Assembly: GCF_006345805.1 (NCBI RefSeq)
Contig: NC_043003.1
Span: 11,470,001 to 11,534,000 of the forward strand
Source of the DNA: Octopus sinensis
Taxonomy: Eukaryota
Length of the DNA: 64,000 nucleotides
Direction: 5' to 3'
The notes under the pieces are model-generated. The model was not told the origin of the DNA, searched no databases, and saw only the letters and a list, made by a program, of their open reading frames with translations. Positions 36,766 to 48,384 of the stretch are shown piece after piece (the stretch's first letter is position 1; each line of letters opens with the position of its first letter). Made by a program: the position numbers and the translations under genes.

Positions 36766-36924
36766 TAGAGAACATTAGTGTGTGAAAGAGGAGAGAGAGG
36801 AGATGGCAGATGGGTGCAAGCTTGGTAGTATGGTGAAGCTAGCTTTGTCACTCAGAGGTTTGCAGGTTCAGTCTCATTTTGGAGAACTTTAAACACTTTA
36901 TCTGGCTCAGAATATTCTACCAAG

Positions 36925-37094
36925 CCAAACTGGCCACATCCAGCCTTTTACACCTACCTGACAATGTCATTCAAAACATAAACGATCATATCAGTGAAAC
37001 CTCAGTCCACGATTGATTAAAAAGTTGCCTGATCTGGCAATGTGAATAAATAAGCATTACGTTTGACAGAGTAATCTGAATGCTAAAGGGTTGA
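36925..37094 (-). mobile_element. piggyBac-type MITE family II, partial
   Basis: Ends 'GAGTAATCTGAATGCTAAAGGGTTGA'; reverse complement matches 63114-63180. Confidence 0.7.
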
Positions 37095-37276
37095 TTATTA
37101 AAATAACTTTTTGGTTATTAAATTTTGTTTTCTAATAATCATTGATCGTATTTATGAAACTAATCAAATCCTATGTATGTATAAAACTCATTTTGGGAAA
37201 TGGCTTTACATCCTTTGATAAAGAGCCTTGTCCAAAGACATTGGGTAACCATGCATCCCCTCTACAGCAAGATACA

Positions 37277-38043
37277 TCATCATCGTTTAACGTCTGCTTT
37301 CCATGCTAGCATGGGTTGGATGATTTGACTGAGGTCTGGCAAACCAGATGGCTGCACCAGACTCCAATCTGATCTGGCAGAGATTTTACAGTTGGATGCC
37401 CTTCCTAATGCCAACCACTCCGAGAGTGTAGTGGGTGCTTTTACGTACCACCTGCTCAAGGGCCAGTCAGGCGGTACTGGCAACGGCCACATTCAAATGG
37501 TGTTTTTATGCACTATACCTTTTTCTTTTTGTCTTGCTAGCGACCCTGCCAGTGCTGGTGCCACATAAAAAGCAACAAGTTCTCACTGTAAAGTGGTTGG
37601 CATTTGGAAGGGCATCCAGCTGTAAAAAACCATGGCATCTCTGCTGGTGCCATGTAAAAGGTGCTCAGTCCATTCTGCAGGGTGGTTGGTGTTAAGCAGC
37701 CAAAAGGAAAAAAAAAAAATTCAAAAACAGACATTGAAACCTGGGGCAGTCTTCTGCCCAACCAGCTCCTGTTAACCCTTTCATTACTGCATTTATTTTG
37801 AGATGCTTAGTTTCTTTCAATTACTTTAAATATAACAAAGAATTTAGTAAAATAACTTAGTTATCATTAAGCTAGTGTTAGGAACATAAATTGTGACTAA
37901 GTTTTGGTGGAAAATTTTAATTCAAAATTTATGAAAACAAGACATTTGTACTCAGAACCAGAGCCGGTTTCAGCCGGGTTGGTAACGAAAGGGTTAAACT
38001 GTCCAATCCATGCCACCATGGAAAGCAGATGTTAAATGATGAT
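37277..38043. mobile_element. Head-to-head group C pair (minus 37277-37505; plus 37545-38043), the second interrupted by a MITE
   Basis: 'TGGATGCCCTTCCTAATGCCAACC' versus 'GGTTGGCATTTGGAAGGGCATCCAG'; the tail resumes after 37997. Confidence 0.8.
37772..37997 (+). mobile_element. piggyBac-type MITE, family I
   Basis: TTAACCCTTTCATTAC...GTAACGAAAGGGTTAA. Confidence 0.9.
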
Positions 38044-38725
38044 GTACAGTGTATTTCTATTTCAGTGACCCTAGACAGGTCACTGACTTCTAAATATTGG
38101 TGTAAATTTAAAAAGCAGTGTGTGAATTCTTTAAAATAATATACTAAAGCTTTTGAAATGGCGTGTGAAATTTTGAAACTCGTATGTGAATCTTTAAAAA
38201 TAATCCACCATAGAATATTCTGGAGTGTAAGCAGATAGATGTGTCTACCAAATACTCAAGTGAGATCATACACAAGGCTATCCACCAGATATATCATTCT
38301 TATTATGAGGAAGTAGGCTTAACACTTTTGTTACCAGCCAGTCAGAGACAGCCTCTGGTTCTGTGATACAAAATTCCTGTTTTAAAGTAATAATTGAAAT
38401 TAAAATCTTCCATCAGAATTTTATGCTAATTTGTTCCAGACTCCATCTTTATAATAACAGTCTTTTTACAAAACTCTTCTATTTTAAAAATTAATTGAAA
38501 CAGAGGCCAGGCTGTGTGGCAAGTAGCTTGCTTACTAACCACAAGTAAAAGAGTAAAGAGTATATGTCAACAGAACCACAATGGCCAAAGGATTAATCTA
38601 TCCTCCAGTTTAATACCATCACCAACACTCTCGCTGTATGCTTTCAGAAGCGTTACTATTTTGGTAGAATGTGAACTAATTCTATAGAGAAGGAAAGATA
38701 GTTTTAGAAGAGCTAACAATATGTA

Positions 38726-39101
38726 TTCTTTTGTTTTAGTCATTTGACTGCGGCCATGCTGGAGCACTGCCTTTATAGTCGAGCAAATCAACCCCAGAAC
38801 TTATTCTTTGTAAGCCTAGTACTTATTCTATCGGTCTCTTTTGCTGAAGTGCTAAATTATGGGGACATAAGCACACCAACATTGATTGTCAAGTGATAGT
38901 GGTGGTGGGGGAACAAACACAGACACACAAATACATATACGATGGGCTTCTTTCAGTTTCCATCTACCAGATCCACTCAGAAGGCTTTGGACTGCTCGAA
39001 GTTATAGTAGAAGACATTTACCCTAGATGCTATGCAGTGGGATTGAATCTGGAACCATGTGGTTAGGAAGCAAGTTTCTTACCACACAGCCATTCCTGCG
39101 C
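38726..39101 (-). mobile_element. Full-length SINE group A
   Basis: Reverse complement of tail, (CA) spacer and head. Confidence 0.88.
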
Positions 39102-39110
39102 ATCATATAT

Positions 39111-39154
<44 letters not shown>

Positions 39155-39158
<4 letters not shown>

Positions 39159-39425
39159 TGGTTGGCATTAGGAAGGGCATCCAGCTGTAGAAACTCTGCC
39201 AGATCAGATTGGAGTCTGGTTCGCCAAACCTCAGTCAAATCGTCCAACCCATGCTAACATGCCACACTGGCATGGGTTAGAGAGTGTGACAGGAGCTGGC
39301 AAGCTGGAGAACTGCTCCAAGATCCATTGTTTGCTTTGGCATGGTTTCTATAGCAGGATACCTTTCCTGATGCCAACCACTTTACAGGGTGTGCTGTGTG
39401 CATTTTGTATGGCATCAACACCAGT
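39155..39425. mobile_element. Tail-to-tail group C fragments (plus 39155-39258, minus 39262-39425)
   Basis: 'CCAACCCATGCTAACATG' faces 'GGCATGGGTTAGA' across a few bases. Confidence 0.8.
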
Positions 39426-40097
39426 GGGGTTGCCAAGTCACTTGTGAAAAGAAAACCTCTCAGCTGGGAGAGGGAAAGGAAGCAAGGGAAGTGGTTTTGT
39501 TCTAGTAGAGAGGTGAGAGTATAATAGAGGGACAGAGAGTAGATACCTGGCTACCCCCCAGTAGGAAAAGAAAGGAGAAAGTGAGGAAGACAGAGGAAAA
39601 CAGATGGTGTTGGAGATGCATGGGGTGGGGTCTACACAGGAAATAATAGGGAAGAGTATAAGTGGTTCAGTGAGGATAGAAGGGGATGTTCTGTAAGAGC
39701 TCTAGGGGAGATGTTTAGAGATGGAGAAGGGGTGTCTGAAGCAAGTGATGGTGAGAGAAATCGGGGTGGCTGGGAGGGGGTAAATAAATAAAAAATGGAA
39801 ATAAAAATAACACTAGGCAATTGATGTGCTTGTCATAATATATTTCTATGGGTTTTTTTCTTCTCTCTTACTCCATTTCTATAGTATAAGGCAGATAGAT
39901 AATGAGGTGGGGGTGGAGGGCGTGGGGTGAAATATTTTGGGGAATGAAAAGATGATAGTTGTTTGGAGAGAAACAGGTGGGTAACAAGGAGAAAAAATGT
40001 GGGCGGAACACATTAAATAGGGGGAGTTGTTTGTTCAGTAATGGATTGTAATAGACATGTGTGGTTGTGTGTGTGCAAATATGTGTATGTGTAAAGA

Positions 40098-40138
<41 letters not shown>

Positions 40139-40199
40139 TGCCAAGCCCTGTGTGTACTGTAGGGGACAAAAGATATAAAACCACATCTTGTGTTTATAC

Positions 40200-40441
40200 C
40201 TTCCTATAAATATGTATGTGTGTTTGTGTGTGTATACATGTATCTGTGTGTGTATATATTTATGTATATATGCATGTATGTGCATATATATATGTGTGTG
40301 TGTGTGCGTGTGTGTGTGTGTGTATGTATGTATATATATATATATATATAGTATATAGGTATGTATATATGTGTATATATATAGGTATGTATATATGTGT
40401 ATATATATAGGTATGTATATATGTGTATATATAGGTATGTA

Positions 40442-40473
<32 letters not shown>

Positions 40474-40620
40474 GTATATAGGTATGTATATATGTGTATA
40501 TATATATATATATATAGTATATAGGTATGTATATATGTGTATATATATATATATATATAGTATATAGGTATGTATATATGTGTGTATATATATATATGTA
40601 GTATATAAGGTATGTATATA
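40200..40620. repeat. (TA/TG) compound microsatellite with a repeated 'TATAGGTATGTATATATGTG' motif
   Basis: Motif repeated about seven times. Confidence 0.9.
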
Positions 40621-40905
40621 TGTACACACACACACAAAACACCTACATGTCCCCTTCTTGTTCCTCTCACCATCACCCCAACTGACTCCCTTCATTCTTT
40701 TCACCTTTGTTTCTTTCTCATCTTTCGGAAATTCTGAAAATGCTTGAACTTGGTTTCATAAAGTGATTCCCCAAAGCCATTGTCAACAGTGAATGCATTT
40801 CTATGTCAGCATGTGTGTATATATGTATGTGTACTGAAGTTAGTAAGTGTATCTGTATGTGCACAGAAATCATTGTGTGTGTATGTGTATATATATATGT
40901 ATGTA

Positions 40906-40936
<31 letters not shown>

Positions 40937-41102
40937 GTGTGTGTATGTATGTATATATATGTATGTATATATGTACATGTATGTATGTATGTATATATAT
41001 GTATATATATATGTATGTGTGTGTATACATATATATACACGTGTGTGTATGTACTAAAGTCAGTGAGTGTATATGTAATTATGTATGTATGTATGTATGT
41101 AT

Positions 41103-41380
41103 GTACTGAAGTCAATGTGTGTATATGTATGTATGTATGTACTGAAGTCAATGTGTGTATATGTATGTATGTATGTACTGAAGTCAATGTGTGTATATGT
41201 ATGTATGTATGTACTGAAGTCAATGTGTGTATATGTATGTATGTATGTACTGAAGTCAATGTGTGTATATGTATGTATGTATGTATGTACTGAAGTCAAT
41301 GTGTGTATATGTATGTATGTATGTATGTACTGAAGTCAATGTGTGTATATGTATGTATGTGTCCTGAAATCTGTGAGTGT
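41103..41380. repeat. 36-40-bp minisatellite 'GTACTGAAGTCAATGTGTGTATAT(GTAT)n', seven copies
   Basis: Unit starts at 41103, 41139, 41175, 41211, 41247, 41287 and 41327. Confidence 0.95.
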
Positions 41381-42434
41381 ATTTGTATGTGTGTATATGT
41401 GTATGTGTTCGTATTGTTTTGGTCAGTGTGTATTTACTTGCCTTTGTTTTTATCAAAGTATGTGTGTGTGCGTTTGTGTGTGTGTGTGTAAATGTACCTG
41501 TTTTAATTGAAGCAATGGCATATAAACATACAGCGAAGGTATAAAATGAGTGAGAAATAATTACACTTTTAAGAAAACGGTTGTCTAATTTTTGCCAGAG
41601 CTAATGTGACATCTGTTTACTTTTAAATGGGTTCCTGAAACGACTGTGTGTGTATGAGTGTGTGTTTGTGTGTGAGAGAAAGAGAAGGCATGTGTGTGCA
41701 TGCATGTGCAAGGGAGAAAGAGAGAGAGAGAGAGAGAGTATGTGTGTGCATGTGCAAGAGAGATATTGCATTGTTTGCATGTGTATATATAAATATATAC
41801 TTGTGTAAATATGCATGTCTATCTCTCTCGCATGATGTATATTTTATATGTTGTGTGTGTGTGTATAGAAATACATATTTGTATAGATATGTATGTGTTT
41901 CTGTCATTAGAAGTAGGTTTCATATATGTGTGTATATTTGTATGCATGTATATGTACATATGTGTGCGTGTGTATATATATATAAATATATATTTACCTA
42001 GATATGTGTGTATTTCTGTTAGAGGGTGTGTGTGTTATATATATGCATATGTTTCTACTTATTTGCTCCTGCATACACAACACACACACACACGTTCTGC
42101 ATATGTATATTATCTCACTCACATGCCGAAGATGGCACCTGAACTGCTTCTTAAATTTGTGCTGATGCCATAAGGCAAAAACAGATTACCGCTGCCTATT
42201 AAGTTCTCAGTGATATCAGTGCCAGCTGCTTTGTCACATTGAAAAATTTTTAATTCTGAAGTGAATTCTTCTGCTCTACTCTCTTTAATTAGTGTTTCAT
42301 TTTCACTGAGACAAACATTTTCATGTGAAAAAGAAAGTTATGTCTGATTTTTAAAATCTTCTGAAAACAACAATTTTTTTGATTTGTTTTCTCTTTCGTT
42401 TCTGCGATGATTTTGAAGCTCATACATGCACAGA

Positions 42435-42590
42435 TTGATGTAGACATAGCTATGTGGGCGAGAAGTTTGGTTAATGGTTCTGTCTCATTGCATGGCACTT
42501 TGGACAAGTGTTTTCTATGGTCCAGGCTGACCAATGTCTTGCGAGTGCATTTGTTAGAAACTGAAAGAAGCCCATTATGTGTGTGTGTAT
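42435..42590 (+). mobile_element. Degenerate SINE group A head
   Basis: 'GGCACTTTGGACAAGTGTTTTCTA...GAAACTGAAAGAAGCCC'. Confidence 0.7.
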
Positions 42591-43139
42591 GATCATTTTA
42601 GCCATGTAACAACATGCATGCTTTTCCAGATAAGCAAGTGGTCATATTATTTTGTTCACTTTTTCATATGAATCAACCCTCGTCTCCATGTGTATAGATC
42701 ATGGTGTACCTTTGAACATAGACACGTGTGTGTACATACATAAATTGCATGCATAGATATGCAACTGTGTGTGTATGTGTAGGAGTACACTGATGGATTC
42801 AAAGGTTTTGTTTATTTACGAATTGATTTTTTAATATTTCACCAGAGTATAAATACCTACAATGGGGATAATTAAAAGAAAAAGAAAAACAAGTTAATTC
42901 AGTTCAATTAAAAAGTATGGGTGAGCAACACATTGCAAGCCACACTAGAATTTGCATGCAGGGTATGCATCACCCCTCCAATACCCCCCTTTTTTTTTCA
43001 TTATTTCAATGTTTCCAAAAATGAAAAATATTGGAGATAAGTTATTCATTTCAAATAAGTGAAGAGCAATGAAATTTTTTTTTTTGTAGAATTTATACTG
43101 CAATCATAATGACTAACATCAGTATCAGTTATATTTATA

Positions 43140-43845
43140 TATAACAGTAATCAAACAGTTATGTCAAACAGTCATATTGTAATATAACAGTATCAAACAG
43201 TTATTGTTATGTCAAACAGTTATATTGTTATATAACAGTATCAAACAGTTATTGTTATGTCAAACAGTTATATTGTTATATAACAGTATCAAACAGTTAT
43301 TGTTATGTCAAACAGTTATATTATTATATAACAGTATCAAACAGTTATTGTTATGTCAAACAGTTATGTTATATTAACAGTATTAAACAGTTTTATTGTT
43401 ATATAACAGTATCAAACAGTTATTGTTATGTCAAACAGTTATATGGTTATATAACAATATTAAACAGTTTTATTGTTATATAACAGTATTAAGCAGTTTT
43501 ATTGTTATATAACAGTATCAAACAGTTATTGTTATATCAAACAGTTATATGGTTATATTAACAGTATTAAACAGTTTTATTGTTATATAACAGTATCAAA
43601 CAGTTATTGTTATATCAAACAGTTATATGGTTATATTAACAGTATTAAACAGTTTTATTGTTATATAACAGTATCAAACAGTTATTGTTATGTCAAACAG
43701 TTATATTGTTATATTAACAGTACCAAACAGTTATATTGTTATATAACAGTATGAATCATTTATTGTTGTGTCAGTTATATAACAATATCAAACAGTTGTT
43801 ATATCAAATAGTTTTATGGTTATATAACAGTATCAAACATTTATA
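43140..43845. repeat. AT-rich tandem array of 48-bp units grading into 78-bp higher-order units
   Basis: 48-bp period at 43228, 43276 and 43324; 78-bp period from about 43488, visible as the 26-aa repeat in ORF 43473. Confidence 0.92.
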
Positions 43846-44084
43846 TTGTCCTTCATTGTAATTTGTATGAGATCAATAAAACTGGTTCTTAACCCTTTAC
43901 TTGTCCTGTGCATCATATGTGATATGCAGGACATATTTCCCTGGTGTCCATGCATTGTGTATGATACACATTGCAATTTCAACCAGAGTAACGTGGGACT
44001 TATGAAAGGAAAGCTTTAAAATACTCAAAACATGAAACAAGAGCTGAGTATGCTTTGGACAGGTAACCAAGCCATGTAGACATT

Positions 44085-44385
44085 TGTTTTTTTGTTGTGT
44101 TCCTTCTCGAGCCATGGCTGGCTCATAAGGGCTGGTTTCTTGGCGTATAGGTTTCCCACCTGGATGGGACGCCGGTCTGTCACAGGTGAGCTGCAAGATG
44201 CAGGAGGAAAGAGTAAGAGAAATTCGTGGCGAAAAAGTCAGCAGAAGTTTGCCATTAACTTCTGCCAGAGCTGCGTGGAGCTTAGGTGTTTCGCTCATAA
44301 ACACACACATCGCCCGCTCTAACATTTGAATCCGCGATCTCTCGACCGCGAGTCCGCTGCTCTAACCACTAGGCCATGTGCCTCC
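44085..44385 (-). mobile_element. SINE group D
   Basis: Reverse complement of the 20588-20892 element. Confidence 0.88.
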
Positions 44386-44836
44386 ACATGTAGGCGTTAT
44401 ATAATTGTTTATTTGCAGATATATAAATACCTATAAAAATTTTTTTTTATTATATTTTTTTTTTCTCGGTTTTCTTGAAATTTTTTTTTTAATATATTTT
44501 CCCATGACACATTTGTCTGCTTACACTCCAGCGAACTTTACTATGTATTATTTCGAAAGATTCTCATGACTGTTTCAAAATTTCACACACAATTTCAAAA
44601 GGTTTCATCTATTATTTTTAAAAATTCACATTATTTTAAACTTTATACCTACATTTAGAAGATGATGATGTGTGTGGGTGCACTGAAATAGAAGTACACT
44701 ATATAGTGGGGGAAAAATTCCCTTTTTTCTTCTTCTTCTTCTTTACTTAAGAGTTTTTTTTTTACTGGGTTTCTCATCAAGGAACATAAATCATTTCACA
44801 AAATGAATGATTTTCATATCTATATAGATCTATATA

Positions 44837-45424
44837 GCATGGTTGTTTGGTAAGAAGCATGCTTCCCAACCACATGGTTCCGGGTTCAGTCCCACTGCGT
44901 GGCACCTTAGGCAAGTGTCTTCTACTATAGCCTCTAGCCTCGGGCCGACCAAAGCCTTGTGAGTGGATTTGGTAGACGGAAACTGAAAGAAACCCGTTGT
45001 GTATATATATATATATATATACATGCACACACACACATATATATATACATTTATATATGTATATATATATATGAGACCAAAGTGTATGTATGCTGCCATA
45101 TGTATATAAAAAGGAATATAAAAAAATGGGGCAAGAATGCAAAACATCCGGACAGCTAGATGATACAAAAAAGGGACAAGACATACAGACAGATGATATA
45201 AAAGGGGGACAAGAAAAAACACAGATGGGTCATTCGAAGTGTTCTTTCCTCAGTTGAGTTCCAGATTATCATTGCAATTTTGGCTGGTTATCGAAATTGC
45301 AAAGATAATCTGGAACTTGACTGATGAAAGACGACTTCGAATGACCCGTTCGTGTTTTTCCTTGTCCCTCTTTTGTATCATCTGTCTGGATGTTTTGCGT
45401 TCTTGTCCCATTTTTTGTATTCCT

Positions 45425-45459
<35 letters not shown>

Positions 45460-45657
45460 ATATTTGTGTGTGTGTCTGTGCTTGTATCCCCCATGACAAC
45501 AAATATTGGTGTGTTTACGTTCACCATAACTTAGCGGTTTGGCAGAAGTGACCAATAGAATAAGTATTAGGCTTAAAAAGAATAAGTCCTGGAGTTGATT
45601 TGTTTGACTAAAGGTGGGTGCTCCAGCATGGCCGCACTCAAATCATTGAAACAAGCG
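44837..45657 (+). mobile_element. SINE group A split by a foldback insertion in its central microsatellite
   Basis: Near-consensus head 44837-45000; tail 45470-45657. Confidence 0.85.
45111..45425. mobile_element. Palindromic foldback element (arms about 135-170 bp, 13-nt loop)
   Basis: AAGGAATATAAAAAAATGGGGCAAGAATGCAAAACATCC...GCAATTT / AAATTGC...GGATGTTTTGCGTTCTTGTCCCATTTTTTGTATTCCTT, flanked by TA-rich sequence. Confidence 0.9.
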
Positions 45658-45699
45658 AATGATTGATATATAGAGCTTCATTAGTTCTTTTATCCCTTA

Positions 45700-45900
45700 T
45701 TTGTTCCAGTCATGTTTGACTGTGGCCATGCTGGGGCACTGCCTTGAAGGGTTTTAGTCAAACAAAACGATTCCAGGACTTTCCTTTTAAAGCCTGGTAC
45801 TTTTTCTGTTGGTGTCTCTTGCTGGACTGCTAAGTTACATGGATGTAAATAAATCAGCACCAGTTGTCAAGCAACAGTAGGGAACAAACACAGACACAAA
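45700..45900 (-). mobile_element. SINE group A tail
   Basis: 'TTTGACTGTGGCCATGCTGGGGCACTGCC...CACCAGTTGTCAAGC'. Confidence 0.8.
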
Positions 45901-45928
45901 GACATATATATGTATGTGTGTGTGTATA

Positions 45929-46219
45929 TATCACCGTGACCGACCAGGCTATCAAATGTTGCTACATATCACTGGTCACAATGCGCTTCGCATTGTTTTA
46001 GCCTTCAAATGATGCCACCCCACTGGCTAAGCGAGCAGACCAACAGAAGAAAGAGTGGGAGAAAGTTGTGTGGCGAAAGAGTACAGCAGGGATCGCTACC
46101 ACCCCCTGCTGGAGCCTTGTGGAGCTTTAGATGTTTTCGCTCAGTAAACACTCACAACACCCGGTCTGGGAAACGAAACCGCGAGTCCGCTGCCCTAACC
46201 ATTGGGCCATTGCACCTCC
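45929..46219 (-). mobile_element. SINE group D2 (D-like head and core, different tail)
   Basis: Shares 'GAGCGAAA.CA.CTAA.GCTCCAC' and 'CTCTTTCGCCAC.AACTTTCTC.CACTCT' with D, then ends 'GATAGCCTGGTCGGTCACGGTGATA'. Confidence 0.75.
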
Positions 46220-46296
46220 ATGTGTGTGTGTGTATATCATCATCGTTTAGCGTCCGTTTTCCATGCTAGCATGGGTTGGACAATATATATATATAT

Positions 46297-46450
46297 GACG
46301 TGCTTCTTTCAGTTTCCGTCTACCAGATACACTCACAAGGCTTTGTTCAGCCTGAGGCTATATAGTAGAAGACACTTGTCCAAGATGCCATGCAGTGGGA
46401 CTGAACCCAGAATCATGTGGTTGCGAAGCAAGCTTCTTTCAACACAGCCA
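46297..46450 (-). mobile_element. SINE group A head
   Basis: 'CTTCTTTCAGTTTCCGTCTACC...GGACTGAACCCAGAATCATGTGGTTG'. Confidence 0.85.
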
Positions 46451-47141
46451 CTTAAATTCCTTCAATAATTATAAAAAAAAAAAAATCAATAATCAAAAAT
46501 CACTATATATATAGATCACAGAGATGAAATGGCAGCATGTGGCCTTGTGGTTAGGGGTGCTGGGCTCCTGATTCTAAGATTGTGGTTTCGATTCTTGGAA
46601 GCGGTGATGCATTATGCATTTGCGCAAAATACTTCATTTTCCTGTCTCTCTCTCTTTGGTAACATTTCTAAAATATTGAGTACATTTATAAACTGATACA
46701 TTGAATCTTAAATGTACTACTTTACAAATACATGATATAAAGTCTTAACAGGACTTCAACTCCTCAGCACATGACTTGATAAACCAGCACAATATCCACA
46801 TGGTTTATTAGTGTGATATCCTGATATCCTGACTAAAGTGCATAACCTATTTCTCCCACTATTTATCTCTACATTGTTAAACCGTATACTCTAATTGCAT
46901 ATACAATCTTCACTCTCTCTCCTTTATCATTTTTCTCTCCATTTTAATGTTGGCTAACACATATATTGTACAGAAGCAGTATTCACACACACAAATGCTC
47001 ACACACACACACACACACACACAAATGCTCACAGATGCACACACATATACATATACATTATACATACTTTCGATATTACTGATAATTTCTTAGGTCTGTA
47101 CTGCTGCTTGTTTCACCAATTTTCTGCTAGTGCTGCTCTTG

Positions 47142-47173
<32 letters not shown>

Positions 47174-47765
47174 GGTGGTGGTGGCGGTGGTGGTGATGCC
47201 AGTGCAATAGTATTTCGAAAGTGGTACTGTCATTTTGGGGTACTACAGTTAATTTAAATAGATAGTTCTACACACACACATACACATACACGCGTGCACA
47301 CACAGTCATACATACACATATTCATACAAAGATATACGCTTATGTATTCACACAAACACACAGAAACATACGCATATATATATGCTTACGCAAACACATA
47401 AGCATAAATTCACACACACACATTCATACACGCACACCACACATACACAAACATATGCATGCATATATATTCATGCAAGCATACACATATACATATGCAT
47501 GCATACATATACACATGCATATTCATGCACTCACACATATACACACACATATTCATAGACATACAACTATATGTATAGATATATTCACTCAAGCACACGC
47601 ATATACATATTCACTGCAACACACACACATATATTTTCCCACAAACACATATATTCATGATCCTATAAACACATACATACTCACACACCTATATATATAT
47701 ATATATTCACTCAAGTACATGCACACATATACATATTCACTCAAACACACACACGTACACACATG

Positions 47766-47803
<38 letters not shown>

Positions 47804-48384
47804 ATATATATATATATTCATATTCCCACAAACACTCTCACACACAAACACACATGCGTTTACTGAACTGAATGGCTGCGCAATTTTACATGTGTGCGAA
47901 TGCGTATGTGTCCGTTTATATGTTATGTATACGTGAGCAAGTACATGCACACATCGTAATGTCATTACTATTTAAGTACTTTGTTTTACAGTTGTAAAAC
48001 TGAATCTCAAATGTTACCGTAGTTGCTGAAGGAAGCTCATTAGCGATGCGATTCACGAATCTCTAAGAGTGTGTGTGTGGAGTGAGAGGAGCCAAGTGCG
48101 GAGGAAGTGAGCGAGGAACTAATGTTTGATGTAAAGACAAATGATTTAACCATTTCTCCAGGTCTATTTATTTATGCTGTTGTCACATGTGAAATGGTTT
48201 TGCTTTGCAAGCTCCTACAACACTTCTGGTGGCATACAATGACTTAATACAAAGAATATTGTTTTCAGCTGGATCATCTGAACCCCCCCCCCCCCTGCAC
48301 CTCTTCCATTCCGTAATTTCAGCATGGCTGCAGTATAGTCACTGAAACAATATAATAAACATAAAACATGTGTGACCCCATAAA

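Noticed and set aside
43473-43754. ORF with 26-aa Tyr/Cys-rich repeats
   Set aside because: It is a reading of the 78-bp tandem array, starts at a non-ATG codon, and neighbouring units contain stops.
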